Assembly: GCA_963717755.1 (NCBI GenBank)
Contig: CAVQWY010000003.1
Span: forward strand, 96,169-160,168
Direction: 5' to 3'
Length of the DNA stretch: 64,000 nucleotides
DNA from: an uncultured Microthrixaceae bacterium
Lineage (GTDB): Bacteria > Actinomycetota > Acidimicrobiia > Acidimicrobiales > VFJN01
The position numbers were made by a program, and so were the translations under genes. This document shows positions 30,925-39,768 of the stretch, one piece after another (the stretch's first letter is position 1; each line of letters opens with the position of its first letter). Under the pieces are notes generated by a model, which made no database searches, was not told the origin of the DNA, and saw nothing but the letters and a program-made list of their open reading frames with translations.

Positions 30925-31215
30925 TCAGAGGTCGATGTCGGGATCGCAGGTGGGGATGCTGATGTCGCGGTCGGCGATCTGGCACTCGCACGTCTTCGCG
31001 CAGGCCTCGAGCGCATCGCGGTTGACGTAGACGAAGAGCGCGACGCAACCGATCAGGCCGAGCAGCGCCATGCGCAAGCCCATCTTGTGCACGAGGCGGA
31101 TGACGAGGACGGTGAGCACGAGCAGTGTCACGATCGCGATCTGCGTCACGTTGTCGGCGAACCACGTGGGGGTCGCGGCGAGGGGCACCGGGCGAGGGTA
31201 CTCTCGCCCCGCCAT
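30925..31215 (-). CDS. Small 2-TM membrane protein with Cys-rich tail, hypothetical
   Basis: From M51 of ORF 30925..31365. GC3 is high. It has two hydrophobic helices followed by ACAKTCECQ..PTC. Confidence 0.4.
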   Translation of the reverse strand: MAGREYPRPVPLAATPTWFADNVTQIAIVTLLVLTVLVIRLVHKMGLRMALLGLIGCVALFVYVNRDALEACAKTCECQIADRDISIPTCDPDIDL

Positions 31216-32116
31216 GGGCAAGCTGCGTGACCTCCTCCGGCGGAGGAGCGGGCCGGTGGCGATGGTGCTGTCCGGTGGGGGCAACCACGGCGCCGTGCAG
31301 GTCGGCATGCTGCGGTCGCTCGTCGAGCACGAGATCCGCCCGGAGGTGGTGCTGGGGTGCTCCATCGGCGCGCTGAACGGCGTCGCCTACGCCCAGGACC
31401 CGACGCTCAGCGGCATCGCTCGACTCGAGGAGCTGTGGCGCGGCTTCGACGGCGAGGGGATCATGCCGTCGGGGTGGCTGCCCAACGCGGTGGCACTCGC
31501 CCGGCGAGGTGAGGCGATCCACGGGAACGACCAGCTGCGCGGGCTCATCACCGGGCTCCTCCGGGTCGAGACGTTCGAAGCGCTGAGCGTGCCGTTCCAG
31601 TGCGTCGCCACCGACGTGGCCGGAGTGCGGGAGGCGTGGTTCTCCAGTGGACGGTTGGTCGATCCGATCCTGGCGTCGTCCGCGTTGCCCGCGGTCCTGC
31701 CCGCGGTGGAGATCGACGGGGTTCGCTACCTCGACGGCGCCATCGTCAACGACGTGCCGATCAGCCGCGCGGTGGAGCTCGGGGCCAGCACGATCTACGT
31801 GCTCCACTGCGGCACGGTCGACCGGCCGCGCCCGGAGCCGAAGCGACCCCTCGATGTCGCGGTGCAGGCGTACTGGATCGCGCGCCACCATCGCTTCAAG
31901 CGCGACCTGGAGTCGCTGCCCGACGGGGTGGAGGCGATCGTGCTGCCGATCGGGCAGAGCCGGACGCTGCGGTTCAACGACTTCACCCAGAGCGGCGAGA
32001 TGATCCGGGCCGCCTACGCCGCCACCGACCGGTTCCTCGACGGCGCCGTCGACGACCAGGGTCCGCTGCCGTTGGACGACCGCCCCACGGAGGCGGCCTC
32101 GAAGGACGTTCGCTGA
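31214..32116 (+). CDS. Patatin-like phospholipase
   Basis: From M49 of ORF 31070..32116. Motifs: GGGNHG, GCSIG (GxSxG), DGAIVND. Confidence 0.8.
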   Translation: MGKLRDLLRRRSGPVAMVLSGGGNHGAVQVGMLRSLVEHEIRPEVVLGCSIGALNGVAYAQDPTLSGIARLEELWRGFDGEGIMPSGWLPNAVALARRGEAIHGNDQLRGLITGLLRVETFEALSVPFQCVATDVAGVREAWFSSGRLVDPILASSALPAVLPAVEIDGVRYLDGAIVNDVPISRAVELGASTIYVLHCGTVDRPRPEPKRPLDVAVQAYWIARHHRFKRDLESLPDGVEAIVLPIGQSRTLRFNDFTQSGEMIRAAYAATDRFLDGAVDDQGPLPLDDRPTEAASKDVR

Positions 32117-32136
32117 GCGAGCAGTAGGTTGCCGCC

Positions 32137-32574
32137 ATGTCCGAGGTCAACCTCAGTCCGTCCGGCCCACCCGAGACCGTGATCGCCGCCGAGCCGGCCG
32201 CGGTGCAGGCGGCGCTGGCCGAGGCGCTGGCCGGACCGGACGCCGGTCGACGAGCCGCCATCGCGGCGGTCGTCGCCCGCACGCCACGGTCGCTCGAGGG
32301 GTGGGCGCGCCTCGGGGACGCGGGACGCGACGTGATCGAGGCGTATGCCGCCTACCGGGTGGGCTACCACCGGGGGCTCGACACGCTCCGCGCCAACGGT
32401 TGGCGGGGGAGCGGCTACGTGCGGTGGGAGCACGAGTCGAACCGGGGGTTCCTGCGGGCGCTCGCCGGCCTGCAGCGCACCGCCGCGGAGATCGGCGAGG
32501 AGGACGAAGCCGACCGTTGCGCCCAGTTCCTCCGTCAGCTCGACCCGGCCTGGCCCCCGGCGGAGCTGACCTGA
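32137..32574 (+). CDS. DUF3151-like conserved actinobacterial protein
   Basis: 145-aa ORF with YRVGYHRGLDTLRANGWRGSGYVRW..NRGFLRAL. The family was recalled from memory. Confidence 0.55.
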   Translation: MSEVNLSPSGPPETVIAAEPAAVQAALAEALAGPDAGRRAAIAAVVARTPRSLEGWARLGDAGRDVIEAYAAYRVGYHRGLDTLRANGWRGSGYVRWEHESNRGFLRALAGLQRTAAEIGEEDEADRCAQFLRQLDPAWPPAELT

Positions 32575-33812
32575 TGGCGCCCGGGTTCCCCGCCCAGGGG
32601 CGTCCCGCCGACGAGCTGCTGGCGCAGATCCGAGCCGGGCGAGGCGACGACGCCGACTGGCGCGGCGGTCGCACGTTCAGCCTCGTCTACAACCCGGGCG
32701 ATCCCGAGCTCGAGCGCCTCCTCGAGGGCGTGTCGCACGAGTACCTCCACGAGAACTACCTCAACCCGTTCGCGTTCCCGAGCCTGCTCAAGATGGAGGA
32801 GGAGGTCGTGGCGATGGCCGCCGACCTCTTCGGCGGGTCCGCCGACGCCGGCAAGCTCACGTCCGGCGGCACCGAGAGCATCTTCCTCGCCGTGCAGGTC
32901 GCGCGGGAGCACGCCCGGACGGCGCGCGGCATCGCCGAACCGCAGCTGGTCACCGCCGCCACCGCCCACCCCGCGTTCGCGAAGGCCGCGCACTACCTCG
33001 ACGTGGAGCACGTGCTCGTGCCGGTCGGAGCCGACGGCCGGTTGGATCCCGGGGCCGCCGCCGACGCCCTCACCGATCGAAGCGCCCTCCTGGTGGGTTC
33101 CGCGCCGTGCTACCCGTACGGGGTCATCGATCCGATCCCCGAGCTGGCGGCGCTGGCGGCCGAGCGGGACATCCTGTGCCACGTCGACGCGTGCCTGGGC
33201 GGGTGGCTGCTCCCGTTCTGGGAGCGCCTCGGCGAGCCGGTGCCACCGTGGGACCTGCGGGTGCCGGGCGTGACGTCGCTGTCGGCCGACCTCCACAAGT
33301 ACGGCTGGAGCTTCAAGGGCGTGTCCCTGCTGCTGCATCGCAGCAAGGACCTCCAGCGGCACCAGTACTTCATCTACGACGGCTGGCCCGGGGGGATCTA
33401 CGGATCCGCCACCACGGCCGGCACCCGACCGGGCGCACCGATCGCCGCCGCGTGGGCCACGGTGTCCCACCTCGGGGAGGCGGGCTACCTGCGGCTGGCC
33501 CAGCAGGTGCTCGACGCCACCCGTCGCTTCCGCACGGGCATCGAGGCCATCGACGGGCTCCGCATCACCGGCAACCCGGTGATGGGCGTCATGGAGATCG
33601 CCTCCGACGTGCACGACCTGGGCGCGGTGGGCGACGTGATGGACGATCGCGGCTGGCACCTCGATCGGCAGCAGGGCGGGCTCCACCTCATGCTGTCGCC
33701 GTACCACGCGAAGGTGGCCGACGACTTCCTCACCGACCTGGCCGCCGCCGTCGCGGAGCACGGCGAGAGCCGCGGCGTCGAGGCGCGCTACGGCGGAGGG
33801 CCGCTGGAATAG
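32574..33812 (+). CDS. PLP-dependent decarboxylase / sphingosine-1-phosphate-lyase-like enzyme
   Basis: Its ATG overlaps the upstream TGA. Motifs: TSGGTESI and the PLP lysine block SADLHKYG. Confidence 0.7.
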   Translation: MAPGFPAQGRPADELLAQIRAGRGDDADWRGGRTFSLVYNPGDPELERLLEGVSHEYLHENYLNPFAFPSLLKMEEEVVAMAADLFGGSADAGKLTSGGTESIFLAVQVAREHARTARGIAEPQLVTAATAHPAFAKAAHYLDVEHVLVPVGADGRLDPGAAADALTDRSALLVGSAPCYPYGVIDPIPELAALAAERDILCHVDACLGGWLLPFWERLGEPVPPWDLRVPGVTSLSADLHKYGWSFKGVSLLLHRSKDLQRHQYFIYDGWPGGIYGSATTAGTRPGAPIAAAWATVSHLGEAGYLRLAQQVLDATRRFRTGIEAIDGLRITGNPVMGVMEIASDVHDLGAVGDVMDDRGWHLDRQQGGLHLMLSPYHAKVADDFLTDLAAAVAEHGESRGVEARYGGGPLE

Positions 33813-33814
33813 CC

Positions 33815-34411
33815 GTGCCCACCACCTTCACCGGTGTGGTGCTGTGCGGCGGCGAGAGCCGGCGCATGGGCACGGACAAGGCACAGGTGGTGGTCCACGG
33901 CACCCCGATGGCGGTGCGGGTGGCGGATGCCCTGCGGCGCGCCGGCGCCGCGGAGGTGTGGGCGGTGGGCGGCGACGAGAGCGCGCTCGAGCGCCTCGGC
34001 CTCGCGGTGGTGCCGGACGACGAGCCCGGCCAGGGCCCGCTTCCCGCGACGATCACCGCGCTCCGGCACGCCCGGCACCCGATCCTCGTGGTGCTGGCGT
34101 GCGACCTCCTGCAACCCGATGAGGCCGCGGTGGCGGCGGTGGTCGACGCGTTGGCGCGGGCGGCGCCGGAGGTGCTGGCCGCCGTGCCGATGGTCGCCGG
34201 GCACCTGCAATGGACCCACACGGCCTGGCGGGTGTCGGCGCTCGGTCCGATGGAGGCCGTGCGCGCCACCGGAGCCCGGTCGCTGCGCAAGGCCGGGGCG
34301 ACCCTCTCCTACGTGGAGGTCCACGACCTCGAGCCCGCGCACCTGGCCGATGCCGACAGCCCCGCCGACCTGGACGCCCTCCATGATCGGACTCCCCGGG
34401 CGGACGGATAG
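33815..34411 (+). CDS. mobA: Molybdenum cofactor guanylyltransferase
   Basis: GTG start. Motifs: VVLCGGESRRMGTDKA, PDDEPGQGPL. Confidence 0.65.
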   Translation: MPTTFTGVVLCGGESRRMGTDKAQVVVHGTPMAVRVADALRRAGAAEVWAVGGDESALERLGLAVVPDDEPGQGPLPATITALRHARHPILVVLACDLLQPDEAAVAAVVDALARAAPEVLAAVPMVAGHLQWTHTAWRVSALGPMEAVRATGARSLRKAGATLSYVEVHDLEPAHLADADSPADLDALHDRTPRADG

Positions 34412-34423
34412 CCTTCCCGGACG

Positions 34424-34759
34424 ATGGACGTCCCTGAGATCGACGTGGCCGAGCTGGCGACCAAGCACGCCGCCGGCGACCCCGTGATCGACGTCCGGCA
34501 GGACCACGAGTTCGCCGAGGCGCACGTGCCAGGGGCGCAGCACATCCCCCTGCGAGACCTCGTCGAGCGCGTCGACGAGGTGCCCACCGACAGCACGGTG
34601 TACGTGATCTGCGCGGTCGGCAGCCGCAGCGCGAAGGCGGTGCAGCACCTCCGGTCGGTAGGCGTCGATGCCGTCAACGTCGCCGGCGGCACGCAGGCCT
34701 GGATCGATGCCGGGTTCACCATTGATCGAGGGGCGAGGAACGAGGCCGGAGGCGCGTGA
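34424..34759 (+). CDS. Rhodanese-domain sulfurtransferase
   Basis: 111-aa ORF with the active-site loop CAVGSRS. Confidence 0.8.
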   Translation: MDVPEIDVAELATKHAAGDPVIDVRQDHEFAEAHVPGAQHIPLRDLVERVDEVPTDSTVYVICAVGSRSAKAVQHLRSVGVDAVNVAGGTQAWIDAGFTIDRGARNEAGGA

Positions 34760-35940
34760 GCGCCGATCCCGGCGCAGGCTCCTACGCCTGGATCGACACC
34801 GACGCTGACTTCGGCGACCTCGTCAAGCAGCTCGCCGACAGCGACTCGTATGGGCTCGACACCGAGTTCCACCGCGAGCGCACGTACCACGCCCGCCTCG
34901 CCCTCTTGCAGCTGTCGTGGCCGGGTGGCGTGGCGGTCGTCGACCCGACGGTGGTCGACGTCGCGCCGCTGGCCGACGTGCTGGAGGGGCCGGGCCTCTG
35001 CCTGATGCACGCGGCCAGCCAGGACCTCGAGATCCTCGTGCGGGTGTGCGGCACCCTCCCGACCCGGGTGTTCGACACCCAGGTCGCCGCCGGCTTCGTC
35101 GGCTACAGCAGCGTCGGTCTGGCGGGCCTGGTGCAGGGCGAGCTCGGCCTGCGGCTGCCCAAGGCCGATCGCCTCACCGACTGGTTGTCCCGACCGCTGC
35201 CCGCGGGCGCCATCGAGTACGCCGCCGCCGACGTCGTGCACCTCCACGAGCTGTACGACCGGCTGGTCGCCAAGCTGGAGGACCGCGGCCGGCTCGAGTG
35301 GGCGATCGACGAGTGCGAGGTGCACCGGATCCGCACCACCAGCGGCCAGGTCCCGGACCGGGCGTGGTGGCGGATCAAGGAAGCCCGGTCGCTGCGCGGA
35401 CGGGCCGCCGCCGTGGCGCAGGTCCTGGCGGCGTGGCGCGAGCGCAAGGCCGCCGACGTCGACCGACCGGTGCGGTTCCTGCTCGCCGACCTCGCGTTGG
35501 TGGCCATGGCGCAGCGGCCGCCGACCACCGAAGACGACCTCAGGCGCGTCCGAGGCCTCGACGACGGGAAGCGCAAGGGGAGCGCGGCGCGCGAGCTGCT
35601 GGCGGTGGTTGCCGAGGGTGTGGAGCTGCCGCTGGAGGACGTGCAGGTGCCGCCATCCGAGGGTGTCGACCGGAGCCGGCGGGCGGCGGCGTCCCTCGTG
35701 AGCGCGTGGGCCGCCCAGCGAGCGCGCGATCTCGACATCGACGCCGCGACCTTGGCCACCCGCGCCGACATCGAGTCGCTGCTCATGGGCGACGGAGGCC
35801 GGCTCGCCACCGGCTGGCGCCACGACGTGGTGGGCGAGCCCATCCGAGCGCTGGCCGCCGGCGAGGCCTCCCTCGCGGTCGACCCCCAGGGCCGCCTCCG
35901 CCTCGAGACCCGCTCCGGAGTAGCCCTCACCGAAGACTGA
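34756..35940 (+). CDS. rnd: Ribonuclease D (DEDD 3'-5' exonuclease + HRDC)
   Basis: 394-aa ORF with GLDTEF, HAASQDLE and YAAADVVHL. Confidence 0.8.
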   Translation: MSADPGAGSYAWIDTDADFGDLVKQLADSDSYGLDTEFHRERTYHARLALLQLSWPGGVAVVDPTVVDVAPLADVLEGPGLCLMHAASQDLEILVRVCGTLPTRVFDTQVAAGFVGYSSVGLAGLVQGELGLRLPKADRLTDWLSRPLPAGAIEYAAADVVHLHELYDRLVAKLEDRGRLEWAIDECEVHRIRTTSGQVPDRAWWRIKEARSLRGRAAAVAQVLAAWRERKAADVDRPVRFLLADLALVAMAQRPPTTEDDLRRVRGLDDGKRKGSAARELLAVVAEGVELPLEDVQVPPSEGVDRSRRAAASLVSAWAAQRARDLDIDAATLATRADIESLLMGDGGRLATGWRHDVVGEPIRALAAGEASLAVDPQGRLRLETRSGVALTED

Positions 35941-35947
35941 ACGCGGA

Positions 35948-35994
35948 TTCTTGAGTCAGTTGGCTGTGAAGACCGCAGCGAAACGACTCAAGAA
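35948..35994. repeat. Long-loop inverted repeat at a convergent junction
   Basis: ttcttgagtc..27 nt..gactcaagaa, with 10-nt perfect arms. Confidence 0.45.
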
Positions 35995-35999
35995 CGGGG

Positions 36000-37541
36000 T
36001 CAGGGGCGGAGGATCACGGCGGTGTCGGACTGGAGGGTGCCGTCGAACGGGTCGCCTTCACCTTGACCGTCGCTGGCGACCTCGACGGTGCCGGTGGGCT
36101 CGACGGTGACCGGCTCGGCCCCCATGTTGACCAGGATCGTCCGCTGGTCGCCGTCGGGAGCCTGGCGGCGCCACGCCAGCACCCCATCGGGCGCGTCGAG
36201 CATCACCTGATCGCCCAGCGACAGGGCTGAGCTGGGTCGGCGTGCCGCCAGGATGCGCCGGTACAGGTGCAGCACCGAGGCCGGGTCGGCCCGTTGCGCC
36301 TCCACCGAGCGATCGGCGGCGTCGGGCGGGAACGGCAGCCACGGCTCGTCGCCCCATCCGTGCCCAGGCGCCGCGATCCACGGCAGCGGAGCGCGGCAAC
36401 CATCGCGTCCGCCGGGGTCGACGACGCGGTGCGGCGGGATGTCGGCGTCCTCGAGCCCGAGCTCTTCACCCGCGTAGAGGAACGGGGTGCCGCGCTGCGT
36501 GAGCAGGACGATGGCCGCCGCCCGGGCCCGGGCCTCGCGGCCGCCGTGGCGGGTCCGGTGGCGGGGGATGTCGTGGTTCGAGAGCACCCAGGACGGCCAT
36601 GCCTCGCGCGGGTCCAGGAGCTCCTCGATCCTCGCGATCCGCGTGCGCCACACGGTCGCGTCCCACGCCGCCCGGGTCGCGGCGAAGTTGAAGGCCAGGT
36701 GCAGCTCGTCACCGTCGCCGTAATACGGAGCGACCCACTGCGTGCCGGGCAGGGCGGTCTCGCCGATCAGCACCCGGTCGCCCTCGTAGCCGTCGGCCAA
36801 GCGCCGCATGGCCCTGATGTGCTCGTGGGTGCTGGGGTGCTCGTTCGACGCGCAGTGGGGGATCTCGGACCACGGCGGCACGTCGTCGGGGAAGGCCGGG
36901 TCGCGGCCGATGGCATGGACCACGTCGATGCGGAACCCGTCCACACCTCGGTCGAGCCAGAAGCGCATGACGTCGTGCATCGCCACCACGACCTCAGGGT
37001 TGTCCCAGTTCAGGTCGGGCTGCTGGGGCAGGAACTGGTGGAGGTACCACTGCTCGGTGGCGGCGTCCCACGTCCAGGCCCGGCCGCCCTCGATGAAGGC
37101 GCCGAGCCAGTTGTTCGGAGGGACGTCGGGCCCGCCGCCGTCGCGCCACACGTACCAGTCCCGCTTGGGGTCGTCCCGGCTCGACCGTGACGCCTCGAAC
37201 CACGGATGGCGGTCGGAGGTGTGGTTCGGGACCAGGTCGACCACGATCCGGATCCCGGCGGCGTGCGCCTCCTTGAGGAGCCGTTCGAAGCCGGCGAGAT
37301 CGCCGAACAGGGGGTCCACGTCGCAGAAGTCGGCCACGTCGTAGCCGAAGTCGGCCATCGGCGACCGGTAGAAGGGCGACAGCCAGACAGCGTCCACCCC
37401 GAGCCACGCCAGGTGGTCGAGGTGCTGCCTGACCCCCTCCAGATCGCCCACCCCGTCGCCGTTGGCGTCCGCGAACGACCGTGGGTACACCTGGTAGACG
37501 ACGCCGGAGCGCCACCAAGGGAGGGACGTGACGTCGGGCAC
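36000..37541 (-). CDS. GH13 alpha-glucosidase (oligo-1,6-glucosidase / trehalose-6-phosphate-hydrolase-like)
   Basis: Intact 513-aa ORF with GVDAVWLSPF, GFRIDVVHAI, LIGETA and SNHD. Confidence 0.85.
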   Translation of the reverse strand: MPDVTSLPWWRSGVVYQVYPRSFADANGDGVGDLEGVRQHLDHLAWLGVDAVWLSPFYRSPMADFGYDVADFCDVDPLFGDLAGFERLLKEAHAAGIRIVVDLVPNHTSDRHPWFEASRSSRDDPKRDWYVWRDGGGPDVPPNNWLGAFIEGGRAWTWDAATEQWYLHQFLPQQPDLNWDNPEVVVAMHDVMRFWLDRGVDGFRIDVVHAIGRDPAFPDDVPPWSEIPHCASNEHPSTHEHIRAMRRLADGYEGDRVLIGETALPGTQWVAPYYGDGDELHLAFNFAATRAAWDATVWRTRIARIEELLDPREAWPSWVLSNHDIPRHRTRHGGREARARAAAIVLLTQRGTPFLYAGEELGLEDADIPPHRVVDPGGRDGCRAPLPWIAAPGHGWGDEPWLPFPPDAADRSVEAQRADPASVLHLYRRILAARRPSSALSLGDQVMLDAPDGVLAWRRQAPDGDQRTILVNMGAEPVTVEPTGTVEVASDGQGEGDPFDGTLQSDTAVILRP

Positions 37542-37594
37542 GGGCGGCAGCCTACGGTCGAGCCGGAGGTGCGCGATCTGGGAGACCCCGCGCT

Positions 37595-37828
37595 ATGGTG
37601 GCGGTCCACTTCACCCCTGCGAGCCTCGGGAGCCGTTCCGTGAAGAAGGGACGCCATCGCCGCTTCGAAGAAGCGCGCAAGCTCAAGCAGTCGGGTCCAG
37701 ACTTCCTCTTCGCCGAGCCGGTCCGGACCGACCCCAAAGACGATGCCGACGTCGAGGAGGACGACGACTACGCGGCCCTCGCCCGCAAGTACGGGGCCCT
37801 CGACGACGAACCCGTCGACGACGACTGA
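37595..37828 (+). CDS. Small protein with basic N-terminus and acidic tail, hypothetical
   Basis: 77-aa ORF. No family was recognised. Confidence 0.3.
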   Translation: MVAVHFTPASLGSRSVKKGRHRRFEEARKLKQSGPDFLFAEPVRTDPKDDADVEEDDDYAALARKYGALDDEPVDDD

Positions 37829-37841
37829 CCGGCTCCATGGG

Positions 37842-38810
37842 CTAGCTGGTGGCCAGCGCCACCGCTCGCTCCACATCCTCGGGCCCGAGGGCCAGCACCG
37901 CGGGTCGCCCTGCCGCTCGCTGCGCGAGCAGCTGCTGTGACCTCCCAGGGTCTCCCGTCAGCGGGTCGGGGACGTCGAGCAGCACCCCGTCGATCGTGAT
38001 CCCGTCCAGGTGGCCGGGGTCACCCCGCCGCCCAGGGTGGTGGAACGTGACCGGTCCGGCGGTGAGACCGCCATGGTCGCTGCGGAGCAGGTGCTGCGTG
38101 CCGGTGACGGCCGCGAGCTGCACGAGGGTGGCCGCCAGGAGGTCGTGCTGTGCCTGGGTGCGGGCGTCGGCGAAGGCGTTGAGGTGGTCGGGGCCCACGG
38201 GCTCGCTGGCGCGGTGCAACAGAGCCAGCGCCGGGCTGTACGTGTGCCGGCGGCTCCCGGCTCGGGTGCGCCGGAGCGCTCGGCCGTTCGGTCGGGTGAC
38301 GGGCACCTGGGCGAGGGTCTGGTGGTCGAGGAGGCGGGCGGCGTGCTGCCCGTTGTGGCGCGCTCGTCGGACGACGTCGTCGGTGTAGCCGTCCATGCCT
38401 CGCTCGGCGTTGCGGCCGGCCTTCCGCACCTGGTCGAGCGCCGCCTTGAGGACCCGGTTCTCGTCGGTGTCGTACGCCTTGGTGGTGGTGGCGCACACGA
38501 ACAGGCCGGGGTCACCCGCCGAGGCGGAGCGGGCGGACATCGTCTCCGCCCAGAGCACCGGCCCCCGGATCTCGCCGTAGCAGCGCTCCGGTCGGTCGGT
38601 GGTGGCGATCGCCATGGACCGCACGATGGTCGGCATGGCGTGGAGCAGGTCCTCCGCCTCGTCGCTGGTGGCCAGGACCGCCCCCACGAGCTGGCGGGCC
38701 ACACGCGACGGCACGCCGATCAGGGCGGAGGTGATCCGGTCCGGTTCGTACGGACGGGCCAAGCGCTGCACGAGGACGGCCAACCCGGTGCCGTCATCGA
38801 TCCCGTACAT
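37842..38810 (-). CDS. McrC-like partner protein (nuclease motif not evident)
   Basis: 322-aa ORF starting 2 nt after the McrB-like gene. The blocks YDTDENRVLKAAL and RRHTYSPALALL resemble McrC-family blocks from memory. The C-terminus reads ITIDGVLLDVPD where D..(D/E)xK is expected. Confidence 0.4.
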   Translation of the reverse strand: MYGIDDGTGLAVLVQRLARPYEPDRITSALIGVPSRVARQLVGAVLATSDEAEDLLHAMPTIVRSMAIATTDRPERCYGEIRGPVLWAETMSARSASAGDPGLFVCATTTKAYDTDENRVLKAALDQVRKAGRNAERGMDGYTDDVVRRARHNGQHAARLLDHQTLAQVPVTRPNGRALRRTRAGSRRHTYSPALALLHRASEPVGPDHLNAFADARTQAQHDLLAATLVQLAAVTGTQHLLRSDHGGLTAGPVTFHHPGRRGDPGHLDGITIDGVLLDVPDPLTGDPGRSQQLLAQRAAGRPAVLALGPEDVERAVALATS

Positions 38811-38812
38811 GG

Positions 38813-39745
38813 CTAGACCGGCAGCGCGGTGCCGAGGACCTCGCCGATGGTGCGACGCGCCTCGGCGCGCTCGGTGTCGTCGAGGAGCTCGGCCACCTGC
38901 TGGTACAGCAGCACGGCCCGCTCGTCGTCGATGCCCTCGAACTGCGGCAGGAAGTAGGCGTAGAAGATCTCGTAGAGGAGCCGGCTCTTGGACGGCTGGT
39001 CCTCCATGCGGCGGACGGCGAACTTGGCGGCATCCAGGTACACGGCGGGGCCGAGGTCGCGGAAGCGGCGCAGTGGCAGCAGCTCGCGCACGATGTCGCC
39101 CGGCCCCTCGAGCAGCTCCTGGTACGCCTCCTCGGACGGACAGGTGACCTCGACAAAGGCGAACCGCCGCATGAGCGCGTAGGACATCTCGAAGAGGAGG
39201 TTCTTGTCGAACACGTTCATGGTGGCGAGGATCCGCCAGGACGCCGGCAGCCGGATCGCGTCCGTGTCCTCCGGGGCGTCGACGCCCGGCGGCACGAGCG
39301 AGATCGGCTGGATCCGCCCGCCGCGCTTGAACGGGAGCACCACCGCCTGGCCGGACAGCACGGTGAAGAGCTGGCCGAAGGCGCGGTCGAAGTTGGAGCG
39401 GTTGAGCTCGTCGATCACGAGCCAGCGCCCGCTCTCGATGGCGTCCACGAACATCCCGGGCCGGAAGATCAGGCCCTCAGCGGTGGGCTGGAGCCCGCCG
39501 ATCGTCTCGAAGGTCGTCCACTCCGTCGTGGCGGTGGTGGGCAGGAACCCCGTGCAGAGCATCGACTTCTGGGCCACCTCCGCGGTGAGGTAGGCGAGCG
39601 TGGTCTTGCCCGTGCCGGGCGGACCGGTGAGCACCACGTGCTTGCCCGCGTCGATCGCTGCGACCAGCTGGTCGAGCACGTGCTCCGGGAAGTGCATCCC
39701 GTTTCGCTTGGCCGCGAACCCGAGCTCCTCAGCCGTGAAGATCAT
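38813..39745 (-). CDS. McrB-family AAA+ GTPase lacking an N-terminal DNA-binding domain
   Basis: 310-aa ORF with GPPGTGKT, VIDELNRSNFDRAFGQLFTVL, ILATMNVFD and ALMRRFAFVEV. Only about 35 aa precede the P-loop. Confidence 0.75.
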   Translation of the reverse strand: MIFTAEELGFAAKRNGMHFPEHVLDQLVAAIDAGKHVVLTGPPGTGKTTLAYLTAEVAQKSMLCTGFLPTTATTEWTTFETIGGLQPTAEGLIFRPGMFVDAIESGRWLVIDELNRSNFDRAFGQLFTVLSGQAVVLPFKRGGRIQPISLVPPGVDAPEDTDAIRLPASWRILATMNVFDKNLLFEMSYALMRRFAFVEVTCPSEEAYQELLEGPGDIVRELLPLRRFRDLGPAVYLDAAKFAVRRMEDQPSKSRLLYEIFYAYFLPQFEGIDDERAVLLYQQVAELLDDTERAEARRTIGEVLGTALPV

Positions 39746-39768
39746 CGTCCGTCCTGTCTGCTCGCCCG

